A DNA stretch of 36,790 nt from Nanobdellota archaeon (GTDB lineage: Archaea; Nanobdellota; Nanobdellia; Woesearchaeales; SKGA01), in the NCBI GenBank assembly GCA_020430425.1, contig JAGQJW010000002.1, positions 1 through 36,790 of the forward strand, read 5' to 3'. Position 1 is the stretch's first letter. Every line of letters starts with the position of its first letter. This document shows, piece by piece, positions 33,482 through 36,790 of this stretch. Below the pieces are notes generated by a model. The model was not told the DNA's origin. It searched no databases and worked only from the letters and a program-made list of their open reading frames with translations. Both the position numbers and the translations under genes were made by a program.

Positions 33482-36400
33482 TCAAGTAGTCTGGTCTGCG
33501 GGTGGCTGATACGCATCTGAACCCGCAACTTTCTGGACAATAGACGGGTAGGTATGTTCCAGATGCGCATTAAGAGTTTCGTTGGTTCCTTTCTCCTGCA
33601 ATAGTCTTGAAACAAAGGTCTCAAGCTCCTTCTCATCAAGTGCCGACAATGAATTCTTGAAATCACTAACGCGATTAGCAGAATAGAAGCTCATCACTCT
33701 CTCGACATTCCTGTCTTTGATCTTGTCAAAGAATCTTTCATAATATCTGATGACTATATCCTCATAAGGACGATCATTCAAGTAACCAACAGACTCCTGA
33801 TAACTCGCCCATCGTTGACCATTTGGATCAAAATAGCTGATAGTCCTTGAGGGTGACTGTAGGCTGGTGGTTCTGATAAGCGGCAATCGATCAACCACTT
33901 CCTTGAAGAAAGGAAGATTGATGATCAGTCCTCTTTCTGACTCATACTTCTTCGCCTCAGTCTGGATATTATTAATGGTTGTGACCGCATCCAACTGGAT
34001 GGCAGGAAGATCCCTGTTTGCTGTCCTGAACTGTTCATACTTAGTATATTCAGCGTTGTAGAAAGGCATGCTTTCAGCCCTATCCGGTTCGTGGAAGGCG
34101 ATGAATCTTTTTGGCGGAAATAATCTTCTAGATATTATCATATTATTGTCATCATCAGACCGTCGATAGTGTACTATTCCTGCTAGATTAATGTCTGCTA
34201 TATCTTCTACCCACTGATATTTTTTCGAATACAAATTTCCATAGAGCATCCTTCGAAAAGTCTCGTTCTCTTCTGAATGAAACGCATCATAAATTACTTG
34301 AGCAGATTCTCTTAGAGTATCAACTGTTGATTCGTATTTTTGAAGGTTCTTGCTCAGTAAAGATAACCGTTCATTCTTCTTTTTCTGCTTTCGTTCTTCT
34401 TCTCGATATTTCTTCTCAGCTGCTTTCCATTCCTTGTTCTTTTTCTTGAGATTCTTCAAGCTTTCCTTACTTAGACCCCAACTCTCATAATGTCCTCTCT
34501 CTTCAACAGGAATCAAATCTTTATATTTCTCATATCGGTCAGCGTCGTTCTTGATCTTTCGATCCTCGCTGATCTGCTCCATCTTGTTTCTCATATGGGA
34601 TGCCATCTTAGAAGAAAACTCATATGTCTTGACAACTGGCCATCTTCCTAATCTGTATAGTCCAACGGAACCACCAACCACTCCCCTGAACGCGTAGTTT
34701 CCTGCCTTGGCAATTCCATTTAAGGTCATCATGGTTCCTTGTCCAATCTTTCTGCCAGCATACTGAAGACCAGATATGGTCTTGGCTCTGACAGGAAGCG
34801 TCTTTTCGTACAGCATATTCATCTTATCTAACGAGTAACTTGCAACCTTTCCTGAAGCCTTCACTAGCTTATATCCTGCATATGCAGGCAAGAAGAGAGC
34901 TCCACCTACCAAGCCAAGACCGACCAACAATGGTGTTGCAACCGTCATGCCGATCCCTGAAACGACCTTATCTATGGTGATGGATGCATTGGCTGTTCGC
35001 TCGCCAAAGAACTGCCTATAAAAATCTCTGACCAGATCGAACTTGGAATTGAATTCCATCCGTTTCTGATATCTCTTTTTGCTGGTCAAATCCTTTTTCC
35101 TTTTTCTTTCATTTAGCCTTTGTTCCTGTAAATATTTTTTTCTGCTCTTTTCCAGATCCAAAATATACTCATCCAAATCCTTGAATTGAACACCAGTTCC
35201 CATCCGGTCAAGGAACCCGTTCTTTTTGAGAACAATCTTTCCATCAAACTCATCGAACTGCCTTTTCTTGGTTGTGGTCAAAACCAGTTGGTTTTCCCCT
35301 ATCTCTTCATAAGAAACAAATGATCCTGTTACGCTCTCAAACAGCGGTAATGATTCGATTTTCTTGATTGCTCTTGCTCTTGACTCCTTAAAGGACTCTG
35401 CCCACTTATCCATCCGGTTCGTAAGGCTCTCATCATAGTCCTGAAAGATCCTTTTCGTGGTCATTTTCATCTGAAGCCATTCTTCTTCTGGAACAGTAAT
35501 GTATGATTGGAGAATATTCCTGAGCGCGTTCTCTTTTCTGACTAATGATTCTGAAGGGACTTTCTTATTGAGGCTACGCATGTATTCATCACTGATATCA
35601 AGGATGCTTTTATTCAACTCGAGAGCAAGATCCTGTGCTGCAAGGTGCTGATAGATATTTTCCTGAAGCTTTCTTCTTCCCGCCATCCCGACATGACCTA
35701 AAGGCGTATCAATAATGAGTGATAATCGATGTATCTTTGAAAAAGCGTCGTAGTTCGCAAAATCATTCTCAAAACGAACCCCTGCTCTAGTGGCCACGAA
35801 CTGAGGTCCTCTCTCAGTATTAAAGAACAATTTTGCCCTGTATGAATCGGTCTGTATAGTTCTATCGAACTCAAGATAGCTCTTTTTTCTTGCACCGTGA
35901 TTTGTTCCATTGACCGTAAAAGGAATAATACTTTTCTGTGCTCTTGATGTCAAGTAATAATATTCTCTTGATCTGGCCTTACTGAATAGTTTCTCTCTTT
36001 GCTTCCTGAATTTCTTGTTAACAGTGATGGTTGTACCTTCAGTGATGGAAACCTTATCATCAGATGAAAAATTAACCACTCTGTTTCCGAATTTCAGCTT
36101 GTTCCTCTGTTCTTGACGAGAAAGAGATTTAGCATCAACTACTTTTGCGACATAATGGATTGACTTATTGTTCTTGACCGATTCGATATGCACTTCATCT
36201 GCTCCCGATTCAATGGCAGTAGAAACTCCTAGTGCCAAAGGCCTAAACCGCTGATAGAATTCGTTATCTTCTGGGACTCCTATGATGGTTGAGAGCAGCT
36301 CGTCAATCTCCGGTCCAGAAAATCCTTTACCATCACTTTTCATAGTCATCTTGTTCTTTGAGAACCTGACCTTAATCTCTTTAGGATTCGTATTATAAAG

Positions 36401-36538
36401 AGCTGAAAACAATTCGGTGACATACTCGGTGTTATCGCTAAAGAATGATGTTGAGACCTTTTCTTGTAGCTTCTGCTCGTTTACTGAGTAGAGGAAACCT
36501 TCTTTCCTGACAATCTTCTCTAATTTTTTAGCTGCCAT
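33482..36538 (-). CDS. Large (1018 aa) protein: weak GHKL-like (Hsp90/MutL/MORC-like) N-terminal region, central hydrophobic/Gly-rich segment, Lys/Glu-rich coiled coils and a C-terminal globular region
   Basis: An uninterrupted 3-kb ORF. By-eye GHKL-like elements are TELFSALYNTN, KSDGKGFSGPEIDELL (compare DNGIGM..eel), LALGVSTAIESGADEVHIES (compare GvGfySaflvAd.V.v.s) and EGTTITVNKKF (compare GTtv.v..LF). The hydrophobic segment VVSGIGMTVATPLLVGLGLVGGALFLPAYAGY spans residues 525-557. Basic coiled-coil tracts lie around residues 465-495 and 695-730. Confidence 0.75.
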   Translation of the reverse strand: MAAKKLEKIVRKEGFLYSVNEQKLQEKVSTSFFSDNTEYVTELFSALYNTNPKEIKVRFSKNKMTMKSDGKGFSGPEIDELLSTIIGVPEDNEFYQRFRPLALGVSTAIESGADEVHIESVKNNKSIHYVAKVVDAKSLSRQEQRNKLKFGNRVVNFSSDDKVSITEGTTITVNKKFRKQREKLFSKARSREYYYLTSRAQKSIIPFTVNGTNHGARKKSYLEFDRTIQTDSYRAKLFFNTERGPQFVATRAGVRFENDFANYDAFSKIHRLSLIIDTPLGHVGMAGRRKLQENIYQHLAAQDLALELNKSILDISDEYMRSLNKKVPSESLVRKENALRNILQSYITVPEEEWLQMKMTTKRIFQDYDESLTNRMDKWAESFKESRARAIKKIESLPLFESVTGSFVSYEEIGENQLVLTTTKKRQFDEFDGKIVLKKNGFLDRMGTGVQFKDLDEYILDLEKSRKKYLQEQRLNERKRKKDLTSKKRYQKRMEFNSKFDLVRDFYRQFFGERTANASITIDKVVSGIGMTVATPLLVGLGLVGGALFLPAYAGYKLVKASGKVASYSLDKMNMLYEKTLPVRAKTISGLQYAGRKIGQGTMMTLNGIAKAGNYAFRGVVGGSVGLYRLGRWPVVKTYEFSSKMASHMRNKMEQISEDRKIKNDADRYEKYKDLIPVEERGHYESWGLSKESLKNLKKKNKEWKAAEKKYREEERKQKKKNERLSLLSKNLQKYESTVDTLRESAQVIYDAFHSEENETFRRMLYGNLYSKKYQWVEDIADINLAGIVHYRRSDDDNNMIISRRLFPPKRFIAFHEPDRAESMPFYNAEYTKYEQFRTANRDLPAIQLDAVTTINNIQTEAKKYESERGLIINLPFFKEVVDRLPLIRTTSLQSPSRTISYFDPNGQRWASYQESVGYLNDRPYEDIVIRYYERFFDKIKDRNVERVMSFYSANRVSDFKNSLSALDEKELETFVSRLLQEKGTNETLNAHLEHTYPSIVQKVAGSDAYQPPADQTT

Positions 36539-36786
36539 TAAGATGATCCTCCTTCATGTACATAGGTCTTGTTGAGAAAAGAACTCATTTTCGGAACGAT
36601 CTTATTGTTGTAAGCAGAAATGTATGTAGTGACTGCAGTCAAGATTCCTGCTACTGCAAGATCGCCATAATCAGGATCGGTTGCCGTCTCCAACGCCTTT
36701 CTTACAAAGGAACTGTGTATGTTCAAAGAAAGAACTTCTTTACTTGAGAACGTATCAAAGATCCGCTCTTTTGTGGAACGTTTCAT
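36538..36786 (-). CDS. Hypothetical small protein (82 aa), translationally coupled to the 1018-aa gene
   Basis: Its TAA stop shares one nucleotide with the downstream ATG (TAATG). It has a hydrophobic stretch LAVAGILTAVTTYISAY. The region upstream is outside the window. Confidence 0.5.
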   Translation of the reverse strand: MKRSTKERIFDTFSSKEVLSLNIHSSFVRKALETATDPDYGDLAVAGILTAVTTYISAYNNKIVPKMSSFLNKTYVHEGGSS

Positions 36787-36790
36787 AGAG

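Noticed and set aside
34350-35140. Lys/Glu-rich stretches of the 1018-aa gene as internal DNA repeats or a mobile insertion
   Set aside because: The stretches are compositionally biased (aag, aaa and gaa codons) but are not repeated units. The reading frame is continuous, and the pattern fits charged coiled-coil segments.
1-36790. CRISPR arrays, tRNA or rRNA genes, transposases, integrases, prophage or toxin-antitoxin modules
   Set aside because: I saw no regularly spaced direct repeats. I found no convincing cloverleaf; the GGTTCGAA-like strings at about 30170 and 30593 are inside the ATPase CDS. No recombinase, transposase or phage-like motifs turned up in any frame. A by-eye scan cannot fully exclude tRNAs with introns.

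Overview
This window looks like a gene-dense (about 93% coding), roughly 42% GC fragment of a small archaeal genome. A DPANN-like lineage is possible, but that is inference only. Archaeal markers are a NAC protein, a tiny Sec61-beta/SecG gene missing from the ORF track, a tRNA-guanine transglycosylase, an Mre11-type nuclease, a KaiC/RadA-paralog ATPase, a FlaI/GspE-type ATPase with a FlaJ/TadC-type membrane platform, and an RNase P RNA on the minus strand at about 1522-1840 under spurious ORFs. A TATA box sits about 26-28 nt upstream of most start codons, which suggests mostly leaderless transcription. Housekeeping content includes AsnRS, a bacterial-type AspRS, a YbaK-type deacylase, a Trm11/TrmG10-like methyltransferase, cyclophilin, a translin-like protein, a PfkB kinase, a class I aldolase, a GH13/CBM48 glucan enzyme, Nudix, PRC-barrel proteins and a PQQ-like beta-propeller. 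I saw no CRISPR array, tRNA, rRNA, transposase or integrase. The best candidate for an undescribed system is the right-hand third (about 25910-36786). It holds three tandem paralogous multi-pass membrane proteins, two convergent coiled-coil proteins, an oversized secretion/pilus-type ATPase translationally coupled to an oversized polytopic platform protein with no recognisable pilin or prepilin peptidase, and a convergent operon. That operon encodes an 82-aa protein coupled to a 1018-aa protein with a weak GHKL-like (Hsp90/MutL/MORC-like) N-terminus, a central hydrophobic/Gly-rich segment and Lys/Glu-rich coiled coils. All domain calls come from by-eye motif recognition and need profile or structure searches.
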